From a virus (taxonomy: Duplodnaviria > Caudoviricetes), in the IMG/VR virus record IMGVR_UViG_3300037424_000884, positions 1 to 32,137 of that record: DNA of 32,137 bases; one strand, written 5' to 3'. Position numbers and translations under genes: made by a program. Shown one piece after another: positions 7,021 through 15,650 of the stretch (position 1 is its first letter; the number at the start of each line of letters is the position of its first letter). The notes under the pieces were generated by a model, which was not told the origin of the DNA, did not search any database, and saw nothing but the letters and a program-made list of their open reading frames with translations.

Positions 7021-9338
7021 GGTTTCTTACCGGGAGTGGCGGGTTTCTGGTTGGCTGCGTGGACCGCGGCGGCGGTCGTGACGACTCGAGCCGCGTGCTC
7101 GCTGGCGGCGCGCTTGTTCTCAACCTCGAGCTTGCCGTCAATCTCGTAGCGCTTGAGCGTGGTGTCGGCCACCAGCTTGTCGCGCTTGTTCTGCAGCTGC
7201 AGTTTCAGCGCCTGAATTTCCTCCAGCGCGGCCTGGTGCTCGTCGTGCAGGCTCTGCACCGCCGGGTCGTCGCTCGCTGCGGTGCCGTCGAGACGCGCAT
7301 GCAGGTCGAGCTCGAGACCATCTGCCTCTTGCAACAGCTTCTCGGTGGCCGCGCGCAGGTTCTCTGCCCGGGCGCGGTTGACCTCGATCGTCGCTTCCTG
7401 GGCGGCGACGGCGAGCGCGTTGGCCTCGGCGGCGGCCTGCTCCTGGGCGGCCACCGCCTGCTCCTCCATCTCGGGCGGAATGTCCTGGATGCCGGCAGCG
7501 CGGCGCAGCCGTTCGATCAGCAGGTCCTTCTCCGGCACGTCGGTCAGCTTGACCAGCACGTCGATGGTCATCATCTGCATCTCGGGCGGCAGCGACTTCA
7601 CCACCTCGGACAGCACCTGCAGCTGCTGGGCGCGGAAGGCCGGGGTCGACGGCACGTCGGACAGCACCACCTTGGCGTTGACCAGGGCGACGTTGTTCTG
7701 CAGGCTGCCGTCGTCCTGCGGCACGTTGAGAGGCACCGGCACCCGCTTGCGCGACGAGCCGTAGGTGGGCGATACGTGTACCGTGGTCTGCTGACCGATC
7801 AGGTCTTCACGCACCAGGGAGAACAGCATCTCGCCGACCTGGCGGCGGGCGAAGCGGTAACCGTCGTTGATCTTCGCGAGCGTCACGCTGCCCTGTTCGA
7901 TCAACGCGTTGATGGCGATGCCGCTGTCGGCGCCGCCTTCTTTGCCCATCATCGCCTTGAACACGCCGCCGGCGTTCTCGATGTCGTTGGCCGCCTGGAT
8001 GCGCCGCTGGTACTGCTGGGTGCTGAGCTGGAAGTCGATCTCGACGTCGAACTTGGCCTGGGGCTTGTTGGGGTCGAGCAGCACCACCGCGTCGGGCCGC
8101 GCCAGTTCGTCCTGCACCTGGCGCCACGAGTTGTGGCGGGTGTCGATCGCATCGCTGCTGGCGACCAGGCGGCGCGCGTTGAGCATCCAGTGCATCTTGG
8201 CGTCGGCCGAGTTGACCACGTCCTGCGGCGAGATCATCGAGCGGATCAGGCCGTAGGGCACGCCGGACTTGTCTTCCTTGAAACCCCAGAACGGAACGTA
8301 GGGGAAGTAGCGGTGCGAGTAGGGTGACTTGAAATCGTACAGCTGGTGCGGGCCGAGGTAGAAGGCGACGCGCATCTCGCTGTAGGTCGCCTCGTAGGGC
8401 CGGATCACGCCCGCGGCGACGGCCTGGATGTGGCGCTGGTCGATCGGGTTGAACGGCACCACGCGGCCGTTCGGCAGCTTCATCACCTTGCCGCGCGTCC
8501 AGGCTCTGTACCAAACTTCAAACAGGGTGGCGCGCTTCCTCTCGGCGTCGCGCCACTCGTCTTCGTCGAGGTTGGTGATGCGCTCGATGTCGGCCGCGTA
8601 GGCCAGCGCCGGGTCGTACAGGTCGCGCGTTTCCCACTGCCAGGTGCGGAAGCCGCCGGCGCAGGCCTTCGAGATCATCTCGGCGTGTTCCGGCATCAGT
8701 GCGGTCAGCTCGTCGACGTCGAAGCGGCGCTTCCTCACCAGATAGCGGGCGTCGGTCAGGTCGAGCTTCTTCGCCCGCCAGTCCCACCAGATTTCGCTGC
8801 GGTGGACGTGGCCGACGCGGTAGGGGTAGTCCATCGCGTCGGTGGCCCGGGCCACTTCGACCCAGCCGACGCCGGCTTTGATCTGCGACGCGTGAGCCTC
8901 GGCGATCGCGCGGTCGGCATGCGACTCGCGCTCGGCTTCGGTCAGCTTCTGGTTGAGTGCGTTGAGCAGCGGCTCCGGCACCGGGGCATCCGGCGTCTCT
9001 TCTACGACTCTCCAGTCCGTCCGCGTCTTAGCTTCGAGACCCAGTACGGCGTCAATCGTCGGCCGTATCAGGTTGGTCGTAAGCGCTGGAATGCCGAGGC
9101 GCTCCATGCGCTGCAAGCGCTCTGGGGTGAGCTGATGCCCGTCATAGTAGTCTGCCGCTTTGTCTGATTCCTCGCGCCAGCGGGGCTGATACCTCAGGTC
9201 CGAAAGCATGTTCTCGAGCTGGGTGAGCGAGAGACCCTCCGGGACCGGCGGCTGCAACGTGACCGAGGGCAACGCGGACGCCGCGAACGGGTCGCTTCCC
9301 GGCAGTTCCGTGGGTGTTTCCGTTGCTGTTCCGATCAT
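7017..9338 (-). CDS. Portal protein (P22/933W-like)
   Basis: About 773 aa downstream of terL. YYDGHQ, NLIRPTIDAVLG, GVGWVEV, FPYVPFWG, PYGLIRSMISPQD, SGIAI motifs and a C-terminal coiled coil. ATG 9338 preferred over 9428 because a promoter lies at 9367-9394. Confidence 0.9.
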   Translation of the reverse strand: MIGTATETPTELPGSDPFAASALPSVTLQPPVPEGLSLTQLENMLSDLRYQPRWREESDKAADYYDGHQLTPERLQRMERLGIPALTTNLIRPTIDAVLGLEAKTRTDWRVVEETPDAPVPEPLLNALNQKLTEAERESHADRAIAEAHASQIKAGVGWVEVARATDAMDYPYRVGHVHRSEIWWDWRAKKLDLTDARYLVRKRRFDVDELTALMPEHAEMISKACAGGFRTWQWETRDLYDPALAYAADIERITNLDEDEWRDAERKRATLFEVWYRAWTRGKVMKLPNGRVVPFNPIDQRHIQAVAAGVIRPYEATYSEMRVAFYLGPHQLYDFKSPYSHRYFPYVPFWGFKEDKSGVPYGLIRSMISPQDVVNSADAKMHWMLNARRLVASSDAIDTRHNSWRQVQDELARPDAVVLLDPNKPQAKFDVEIDFQLSTQQYQRRIQAANDIENAGGVFKAMMGKEGGADSGIAINALIEQGSVTLAKINDGYRFARRQVGEMLFSLVREDLIGQQTTVHVSPTYGSSRKRVPVPLNVPQDDGSLQNNVALVNAKVVLSDVPSTPAFRAQQLQVLSEVVKSLPPEMQMMTIDVLVKLTDVPEKDLLIERLRRAAGIQDIPPEMEEQAVAAQEQAAAEANALAVAAQEATIEVNRARAENLRAATEKLLQEADGLELDLHARLDGTAASDDPAVQSLHDEHQAALEEIQALKLQLQNKRDKLVADTTLKRYEIDGKLEVENKRAASEHAARVVTTAAAVHAANQKPATPGKKP

Positions 9339-9366
9339 TCGGCTGGCCCAAGTGTGTTCACTAGGA

Positions 9367-9394
9367 CTTGTAACAGCAACTGACGGCTTGTCAA
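9367..9394 (-). promoter_or_regulatory. Portal promoter with overlapping operator-like palindrome
   Basis: TTGACA-N16-TACAAG; GCAAC-N6-CTTGT at 9376-9391. Confidence 0.65.
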
Positions 9395-9400
9395 TGCCCG

Positions 9401-10057
9401 TTAGATTTCGCCGGGCATGTCCGGCCAATAGCGATTACCCTTGCTCCGGTTGGCTCCTGTCGCCAATAGCTGCAGGTTGTCTGCTGTGTGCAACCCACAC
9501 ACGAGTGGTGATGTCAAGGGCACGACATGGTCTACTTCAAGACTGATACCGAATGCGACAGAGAGTTCTTGGGCTTTTGCATAGACCGTCGCCATCTGCG
9601 CTGGGTCTGCCCATAGCGGTACCGCCTGCTGCTTTTTGGCCACGTACCTTCGCGTCTTCTCATACCAAAGGCCGCGGGCGCCCTGGAATCTAGCCGCGCA
9701 CTGGGCCAGTATTTTCTCCCGGTTATTCTGGTACCGAAGCGCCGACCGTGCCAGGATTCTGGCGCGGTTGTCTTGGTAGTGCTTAGCGCTGCGGGCGCCC
9801 GCGGCCTCGGCCGTCCGCGAGGGGTAGTGCTTACGTTTTTCGGCCAGTACCGCTTTGTTGGCGGTGTAGTACGCGGAGGCCCTCGCTTTGTCAGCTTCAG
9901 CGTGCTCCGTCCGATGCGCTTTGCGCGCGGGACTTTGGCATGCCTTACACCGTGTCTGGTGCCCGTCTTTCCGCGCCCTGTTGCGGCTGAACTCAGAGAT
10001 CAGTTTGGTGGTACCGCAACCGAAGCAATGCTTCTCGGAAACCGAGGTGAATTCCAT
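9401..10057 (-). CDS. Free-standing HNH homing endonuclease (copy 2)
   Basis: N-terminal CxxC...CxxC; C-terminal EVDHVVP...CGLH...NLQLL...N..KGN. AAGGA RBS before ATG 10057. Confidence 0.85.
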   Translation of the reverse strand: MEFTSVSEKHCFGCGTTKLISEFSRNRARKDGHQTRCKACQSPARKAHRTEHAEADKARASAYYTANKAVLAEKRKHYPSRTAEAAGARSAKHYQDNRARILARSALRYQNNREKILAQCAARFQGARGLWYEKTRRYVAKKQQAVPLWADPAQMATVYAKAQELSVAFGISLEVDHVVPLTSPLVCGLHTADNLQLLATGANRSKGNRYWPDMPGEI

Positions 10058-10151
10058 GGTGTGTCCTTGATCGACTTGAGTGAGTGTGTCGGCCCTCTGG
10101 TGGATCAAGCACCTCGGACTTGCGCAGGGCTCCCCCCGACCGACATCGTAG

Positions 10152-10179
10152 ATTGTAGCGGCAAGGAGCCGCTTGTAAA
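10152..10179 (-). promoter_or_regulatory. Promoter and operator upstream of HNH copy 2
   Basis: TTTACA-N16-TACAAT; GCAAG-N6-CTTGT at 10161-10176. Confidence 0.6.
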
Positions 10180-10184
10180 GCCTG

Positions 10185-10865
10185 TCAATAAAGGCCGTCG
10201 CTTCCTGGCATGTCAGGCCAGTGGCGGTTACCTTTCGCCGTGTTGTCATCTGAGGCGAGAAGCTGAAGGTTGTCTGTGCAGTGCAGACCGCAGACGATCT
10301 TCGAGTGTATCGGCACGACGTGATCTACTTCGAGATCAACCCCAAAAACCGCGGATAGCACCTTGGCCTGGGCGTATAGCACCGCCGTTGCTGTCGGGCA
10401 CCCCCATCCAGGTGTCGCTTGGTGCCTCCGCGCTCGACGCAACGCCGTGAGTGCATTGATCCGTTCTGGAAAACGGACGGCGTATGCCTGGTTCCACGCC
10501 TGTTTACGCTCTGGGTTTTGTGCAGTGAACTCTCGCTTTTTGGCGAGAATCTGGTCCCGGTGTCTGGCGTACCATGTCCGATTCCGTGCGCGGGCTTGGG
10601 GTCTGTCCTTTTCGCGGGCGGCCGTGACTTTATCCGGGTTACGCGCCACCCACGCCCTCTTGTGCTCCCGAACGCGGTCTGCATTCTCCGCCGCCCACGC
10701 TTGTGCCCGCGCCAGTTCACGGGACCTGTTCGCCTCCCGATAGGCGAATAAGCACGCCTTGCACCTGGGCTGCAACCCGTCCTTGCGCGCAGCAGATTTG
10801 TTGAACGCGTCACGGGGTTTCCGCTCGCCGCACTTCGAGCAGCGTTTATCCTGCACATCACACAT
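10185..10865 (-). CDS. Free-standing HNH homing endonuclease (copy 1)
   Basis: CSKC...CKAC zinc finger; EVDHVVP...CGLH...NLQLL...N..KGN; paralog of 9401-10057. Confidence 0.85.
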   Translation of the reverse strand: MCDVQDKRCSKCGERKPRDAFNKSAARKDGLQPRCKACLFAYREANRSRELARAQAWAAENADRVREHKRAWVARNPDKVTAAREKDRPQARARNRTWYARHRDQILAKKREFTAQNPERKQAWNQAYAVRFPERINALTALRRARRHQATPGWGCPTATAVLYAQAKVLSAVFGVDLEVDHVVPIHSKIVCGLHCTDNLQLLASDDNTAKGNRHWPDMPGSDGLY

Positions 10866-10900
10866 CGTGTCCTACCCGGCAAAGTCTTCGGATGTAGACA

Positions 10901-10928
10901 ATTACACCACAAAGCGCACGCTTGTAAA
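10901..10928 (-). promoter_or_regulatory. Promoter upstream of HNH copy 1
   Basis: TTTACA-N16-TGTAAT; shares GGCTTTACAAGCG with the promoter at about 10170. Confidence 0.55.
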
Positions 10929-10935
10929 GCCCCGC

Positions 10936-12810
10936 CTAGTAGAGCCCATCCGAGCGACGCTCGTGATCTATGGACCTGCTGAGACTGGGCTTCAGCTCCG
11001 CGAAGCGCAGGTCGAAAATGCCGATGCGCGTCGCCGACATCAGGTCGTCCCGCACCTTGACGATCACGCCGTCCTTGCGGTGGTACATGCGGAACTCCTC
11101 GAACCAGCCCCCAAGGTGGCTGAAGACCTTGAAGCGGCCGGTCTCCATTCGGGTAAGCAACTCCTGGATGCCGGCCTCGGTCGAGATGCGACTCTGCGCC
11201 CGCTCACCCTCATGACCCGTCTCCGGGAGCTGCGCGTGCGTGTGCCGCATGTTGACGCCCTCACGGCGGTACTGCTCTGCCAGCTGCTCTCCGTGCATGG
11301 CGTCCCGAATCTGGTGACCGTCGTGGGGCCAGCTGCATGGAATCCAGTCTCCACGGGCTTTGATCGCCGCAGCGTGGACTGGGATCAGCGTCTCCTTGGC
11401 CCTGTGCGCGTCGTAGACGTACACCGTATCTGCGTCGCGATCCCATGTCAGCCACACGACGGCGGTCGGGTGCTGCCACCCCAGGTCGAGCGCAGCCAGG
11501 CGCGGCCAGTGGTCCGGGATCGGGAACGGCTCGACGGTGATAGCCGGCTCCAGAACCGGGAACACCTTGCCGCTGCCGAAGGTCGGGGTGCCTTGCGTGC
11601 GTGCCTCTCGCTCGTGTGCCGGGTACTGCGCGATGATCGCGTCACGCTGGGCTTGCGTGTAGTGGTCGACGTCGTTGATGGTCATCGTGGTGACATGGCC
11701 TTGGCCTTCCAGCAGGAAGCGACCAACGGTCTCCGACATCCCCTTCAGCGGGGTGAACGTCATGTACACCGGTCCCGCCGCCACGTTGGTCCGGGTCAGC
11801 GCCTCCAAGTAGTAGCTGGAGTCCGGCTCCTCGTCGAGCCACACGAAGTCGAGCGTCATCGCCTGCACCTTCTCGCGGCCCTGTTCGTAGGCGCGCAGGT
11901 ACAGCGTCGACTCGCCACCGCTGACGTGCTTCACCTTGACCGTGTCGTAGGCCCCCGTGATCGAGCGCGCCATCACCGGTTCGCTCTCGATGCAGCGCTT
12001 CGGGATCATCCCCTCGCCGAGCGCCTTCGCCGGGGCGCCGCACAGCAGCACCTGCATCGAGTCGCGCACCAGCTGCGACGTCACGCCGGCAGCCAGGCCG
12101 CGGGTCGGCCGCGAAAACACGTAGCCACCCCAGTCGTCCGGGTACAGCCCGGTCAGGTGGAACGCCGTCTCTGCTGCTGCCGAGTACGTCTTGCCCAGCT
12201 GGTTGCCCGCCATCAGCAGCCGCTCGCGGTTGGTCTTCCCCGCCGCGTGGAACTCGAGCTGCTTGGGGTAGGGCGCGTAGCGCTCGAGCATGTTCTCCGC
12301 CTCGTAGCGCTCCTTCGCCGCCAGTCCGTCGAGCAAACCCTTCTTCTGCGCGAACGTCAGCTTGGTCAGGTTGAGCGCGGCGATGTAGGCGCGCAACTCG
12401 GCCGCGGTCAGCGATCGTTCGTCAGAGGCTTTCTCAGAGGTTTTTGGGGCAGGGGAGGGGGTGCCCGCTACCTCGGTGCCGGTCGCCTGCTGATCGTCGC
12501 GCGGTGACCCGTTTCCTGCTGCGGAAGAGGGGGTGGTGGCGGTGGGCTGGGAGCGTGCCGCGTCGATTCTCGCTGCAAGGTCCTTGGGGTACTCCTGGTG
12601 CGGCTCCGGAGCTGCAGGAAACTCGCGGCTGGTTTCACAAGTCGTTGCTTGTGAGTCTCCAGAAAAAGTTCCGCTCATTTCGGGGAGCCCTCGCGGCGAC
12701 CCCGGCTCGGCGCCGCGGGGTGCCCCCCCGGGTGGGGTGGGGGCCGTGTCGACCGGGTCCAGGTCGAACAGGTCCGCAAACTCGCTAAACACGCGTAGAG
12801 TCCTCACCAA
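10936..12810 (-). CDS. terL: Terminase large subunit (P22-like); start uncertain
   Basis: Q motif PKQLEFH, Walker A AGNQLGKT, Walker B FVWLDEEP, coupling motif MTFTP, nuclease DLG...HPTA...DDLMSATR. Confidence 0.93.
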   Translation of the reverse strand: MVRTLRVFSEFADLFDLDPVDTAPTPPGGAPRGAEPGSPRGLPEMSGTFSGDSQATTCETSREFPAAPEPHQEYPKDLAARIDAARSQPTATTPSSAAGNGSPRDDQQATGTEVAGTPSPAPKTSEKASDERSLTAAELRAYIAALNLTKLTFAQKKGLLDGLAAKERYEAENMLERYAPYPKQLEFHAAGKTNRERLLMAGNQLGKTYSAAAETAFHLTGLYPDDWGGYVFSRPTRGLAAGVTSQLVRDSMQVLLCGAPAKALGEGMIPKRCIESEPVMARSITGAYDTVKVKHVSGGESTLYLRAYEQGREKVQAMTLDFVWLDEEPDSSYYLEALTRTNVAAGPVYMTFTPLKGMSETVGRFLLEGQGHVTTMTINDVDHYTQAQRDAIIAQYPAHEREARTQGTPTFGSGKVFPVLEPAITVEPFPIPDHWPRLAALDLGWQHPTAVVWLTWDRDADTVYVYDAHRAKETLIPVHAAAIKARGDWIPCSWPHDGHQIRDAMHGEQLAEQYRREGVNMRHTHAQLPETGHEGERAQSRISTEAGIQELLTRMETGRFKVFSHLGGWFEEFRMYHRKDGVIVKVRDDLMSATRIGIFDLRFAELKPSLSRSIDHERRSDGLY

Positions 12811-12858
12811 GGACCCGACAACCTAGCATCCATGCGGCCTGCAGCGTAGTTTGTTGCA

Positions 12859-13599
12859 TCATTGTGGCTTTGCCTCGTCATTTACCTGGGTCTTGGCGAC
12901 CTCGGCCTGGATCAGGCGTAGCTGTGCATCGATGCTCTGAGGGTCTGCAGCCTTGACCGTGGTGTCGACCTGGACGCGATCCGAGTAGCTGGGATCGCAT
13001 ATCGCAGCGTACTTACGGCACATGTGGGCTATCTCGCGACCCTTGGCCAGGCCCATGGGGGTGACAGCGTTGGCGACGGCTGCCAAACCCCTGTCGAGCC
13101 ACGCCTGCGCGGCGTTGCGGCGAGCCTCGCGCATGCGTGCGTCTGCGCCCTCTGTTGATGCAATCCAGCGGTTCAAGTGAGCTGGTCGCGTGCCGATGCG
13201 GAGACATAGCTCGCGCATGCTGTGCCCTTCTTCAACGAGTGATAGGACCTCGTCGAGTCCTTTGTCACGCAGCCTGTCGACGCTTTCGTGGTAGTCACGC
13301 GGGGGCTCTGGGTACTTCGTCGGGCGCGGGGCGACGGGTATCACCTCGCCCTCGATCGTCCGCAGGGGGATGTCTTCGACTAGCTGGGTCATGGTCTTGT
13401 GGCGTATCTCGTGGAAGGGGCGCGGGGCCTTGGGGCGCGTAGCCGCTTCGATCTTCATCTGCTCCAGCTGCAATGCGAACGCAGCAGGATCGTGTGGCCT
13501 GTTGCCGTTGCGCAGACGCCAAGACCCTTTCACCCGGTCCCAATAGTGCTGGGGACTCGGTGCCGGGGTCGTCGGTTGTGGGCGCACGCGTGTGGACAT
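12859..13599 (-). CDS. terS: Terminase small subunit (Sf6/P22-like) with N-terminal extension
   Basis: HTH-like EVLSLVEEGHSMRELC...HLNRWI, then REARR...RKYAA..DPSYSDRVQVD; directly upstream of terL. Confidence 0.8.
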   Translation of the reverse strand: MSTRVRPQPTTPAPSPQHYWDRVKGSWRLRNGNRPHDPAAFALQLEQMKIEAATRPKAPRPFHEIRHKTMTQLVEDIPLRTIEGEVIPVAPRPTKYPEPPRDYHESVDRLRDKGLDEVLSLVEEGHSMRELCLRIGTRPAHLNRWIASTEGADARMREARRNAAQAWLDRGLAAVANAVTPMGLAKGREIAHMCRKYAAICDPSYSDRVQVDTTVKAADPQSIDAQLRLIQAEVAKTQVNDEAKPQ

Positions 13600-13606
13600 G
13601 CTTCGA

Positions 13607-13635
13607 CTTGTATCACGCAGCGGCCACTTGTCCAG
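13607..13635 (-). promoter_or_regulatory. terS promoter
   Basis: CTGGACAAGtggccgctgcgtGATACAAG, ending 7 nt before the ATG. Confidence 0.6.
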
Positions 13636-13689
13636 CCGCGCGTTACTCGATGCCGGTGCCGCGGCGTGTCCCTTCTGCCACCTTTTTTA

Positions 13690-13980
13690 GGCCCCAGTCC
13701 CCTCAAAACCCGCGGGTACACAGGTCCCCAGAACCCCTGAAACCCGCGCCAATGCTGGCCTTAGCACCTTTTCGCACGAAAATCCCCTCAACGACCCCTC
13801 TACGGGCCGGCTTTCTACACCCCTTCTATGTATACTTATTCTCTTATTTACTATTAGTTCTTAAAAGAAAAAAAGGGATAAGGGGACAAAGACAGCAAAG
13901 CTAATAGCAGCAAGGGTTCCCGCTGTCCCCGACCCTCCAGTTCGCGGGGTACGCGCCGGGGCAGAGGGGACAGCGACCGA
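13690..13980. other. Non-coding repeat-rich region, putative replication origin or packaging region
   Basis: AT-rich core (about 13823-13880) flanked by GTCCCC/GGGGAC and AAACCCGCG repeats; inverted repeat CGCTGTCCCC...GGGGACAGCG at 13921-13975. Confidence 0.5.
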
Positions 13981-14085
13981 CACCTGCCGCATGCCGCCTT
14001 TTACGACGCCTTGCGTTAACTGCGCACCGTGATACGCTTCTTGTGGTGTACAGCGCACGCTTGTACGGCAACCAAGGAGAGCCCC

Positions 14086-14439
14086 ATGGCATTGAGAAAG
14101 ACAACAGTGAAACGCATCCCCGGCGGGGTCGTGGTCGACCGCGCAGCGCCCGGCACAGACACCACACTGGTGTCGCGTGCGGAGTATTTCCGCGACAGCA
14201 CCGGTGCGGTTCGCCTGCGCACCAAGATGACCGAGTTTTTCGTGGCGCCGCGCATAGGTCCTCGGCTTGGAATCGTGGCCCAGTCTGGCGCTGCGCTACG
14301 TGCAACCTCGGCAGAAGACCTGCTTAAAGTGATCCGCCAAGAGGCTGGGGACCTCAGTAAACCGAAGCGCGCGGACTCGTTGGGTGCACGCCAATGGCGC
14401 GGCGAAACGGTCGTGCAAGTCAAAGGGCCGCAGCGATGA
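14086..14439 (+). CDS. Hypothetical basic protein
   Basis: AAGGAG RBS before ATG 14086; stop overlaps the next start. Confidence 0.65.
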   Translation: MALRKTTVKRIPGGVVVDRAAPGTDTTLVSRAEYFRDSTGAVRLRTKMTEFFVAPRIGPRLGIVAQSGAALRATSAEDLLKVIRQEAGDLSKPKRADSLGARQWRGETVVQVKGPQR

Positions 14440-14621
14440 GCCGCCCAGCCAAAGGCACCTCGGCGGTTCCGCGCGCCTTGGTGGATGTGGCCGCGGGCAT
14501 GTCACCCGCAGACGCAGCACGCAAGCATAACGTCGCCCCGTCGTCCATCAGCCGCGCGTTACGGCGCACCGTTTGCCCGTTCTGCGGCCACCCCGAGAAG
14601 CCCGAACCCCGCAGCAAATAA
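14436..14621 (+). CDS. Small HTH protein with CxxC
   Basis: GMSPADAARKHNVAPSSISRAL HTH followed by CPFCG; ATGA overlap. Confidence 0.7.
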   Translation: MSRPAKGTSAVPRALVDVAAGMSPADAARKHNVAPSSISRALRRTVCPFCGHPEKPEPRSK

Positions 14622-14622
14622 C

Positions 14623-14694
14623 TACGTATACCTATACGTAACTTCACAGCAAAACCATACGTATACGCACACTCTGCGCGCATACATATACGTA
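14623..14694. promoter_or_regulatory. TACGTATA/TATACGTA operator-like array
   Basis: Perfect inverted repeat TACGTATA-CC-TATACGTA (14623-14640), plus CATACGTATACG and CATACATATACGTA downstream. Confidence 0.6.
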
Positions 14695-14713
14695 GAACAG
14701 GAGAGCCGGACAC

Positions 14714-15091
14714 ATGACCACAAGCCCCCAGACACCCGCAGATTTTGGTCTGCAAGCGAAGAAAAAAGGCAAACAGACGACCGTCTACATGGACGAATTG
14801 ACCAAGTTTCTGCTGACGCAGTACGGTGGGGGGAACTTGAGCCGGGGCATTCGAGAGGCCGCGCGTGCGGTGTCGACGACAGCCGACGGCACCATGGCAG
14901 TGGTTCGCGCCGTTGCGACACCCGCGGCAGTGAAGCCTCCCGAGCGCAAGCCCGCGCCGCTGCAGTTCGAGGTGCTATGCGCCGCACCGCGCAACAGCGA
15001 CGCCCCGCAAGCACCCAGCCGCGTCGACCCCGCAGACAGCATGTTCGGCGACCTGTTCGGCACGCCATATGATCCAAACGACCCAGACTAG
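14714..15091 (+). CDS. Putative ribbon-helix-helix DNA-binding protein
   Basis: KQTTVYMDELTKFLLTQYGGGNLSRGIREAA fits a strand-helix-helix pattern; AGGAG RBS. Confidence 0.55.
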   Translation: MTTSPQTPADFGLQAKKKGKQTTVYMDELTKFLLTQYGGGNLSRGIREAARAVSTTADGTMAVVRAVATPAAVKPPERKPAPLQFEVLCAAPRNSDAPQAPSRVDPADSMFGDLFGTPYDPNDPD

Positions 15092-15112
15092 GCGCCACAC
15101 CAGCACCCACGG

Positions 15113-15136
15113 AGCCCGCCACTGTGCGGGCTTTTT
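15113..15136 (+). terminator. Rho-independent terminator
   Basis: AGCCCGC-CACTGT-GCGGGCT-TTTT. Confidence 0.75.
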
Positions 15137-15232
15137 CACGCCTGCACCCCATAACACGCATCGTGTGCAAAACTATTTGTCCTTAACAATCAGTCACTTG
15201 TAAAATAGTTGCTTGGATGTGCAAAAATTCGC

Positions 15233-15271
15233 TTGCAGCATGCACGCAGTGCGTATATGCTGGAAACCAGT
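15233..15271 (+). promoter_or_regulatory. Sigma70-like early promoter, copy 1
   Basis: TTGCAG-N17-TATGCT-GGAAACCAG; spacer contains CACGC-agt-GCGTA. Confidence 0.65.
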
Positions 15272-15437
15272 AACACGAAACAACGCCAACGGCCACGCAG
15301 TGTCGGACCCAGGAGAAGCCCTTGCAGAAGGGATCGAGACGGGTGAATCAAAGGGGGTGCAAGCGCGCCACCCTTTGACGGTGAAGCAGGCGACCGCGAC
15401 GGCCTGCACCAGATACTTAACCCTGAAGGAGAGAAGC

Positions 15438-15650
15438 ATGCCCCGTAGAAAAGGCAAGGACACAATCATCAATGAGATGGTGGTGAACGCCGCCGACGTC
15501 ATGGAGGCGAAGGCAGAATATTTCGAGATGGTTGCCGCGCAGTTTGACGAAAAGGGCGACACGGTGACGGCGGCCCACTGGCGCCGGCACATTCCGGGGA
15601 TCGTGGCTGCCGTGGCCTTGATCCGAGAAAACGCAGGATGTTGGAGCTGA
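15438..15650 (+). CDS. Hypothetical protein (70 aa)
   Basis: AAGGAG RBS; stop codon is the start of a hairpin repeat. Confidence 0.6.
   Translation: MPRRKGKDTIINEMVVNAADVMEAKAEYFEMVAAQFDEKGDTVTAAHWRRHIPGIVAAVALIRENAGCWS

Noticed and set aside
9339-9428. Longer portal start at 9428, and longer HNH start at 10249
   Set aside because: Both extensions overlap the upstream gene and run through promoter elements. Downstream ATGs (9338; 10057 with RBS) fit better.
9401-10865. Group I intron carrying the HNH genes
   Set aside because: terL and portal each appear complete on either side, no intron core was recognisable, and the genes have their own promoters.
17-13442. Long plus-strand ORFs opposite the structural genes (e.g. 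17-739, 7059-8327, 10759-12507) and the 3625-5013 minus ORF
   Set aside because: Shadow frames typical of high-GC coding DNA, with no motifs or RBS. Only the last 25 codons of 3625-5013 were retained as a gene.
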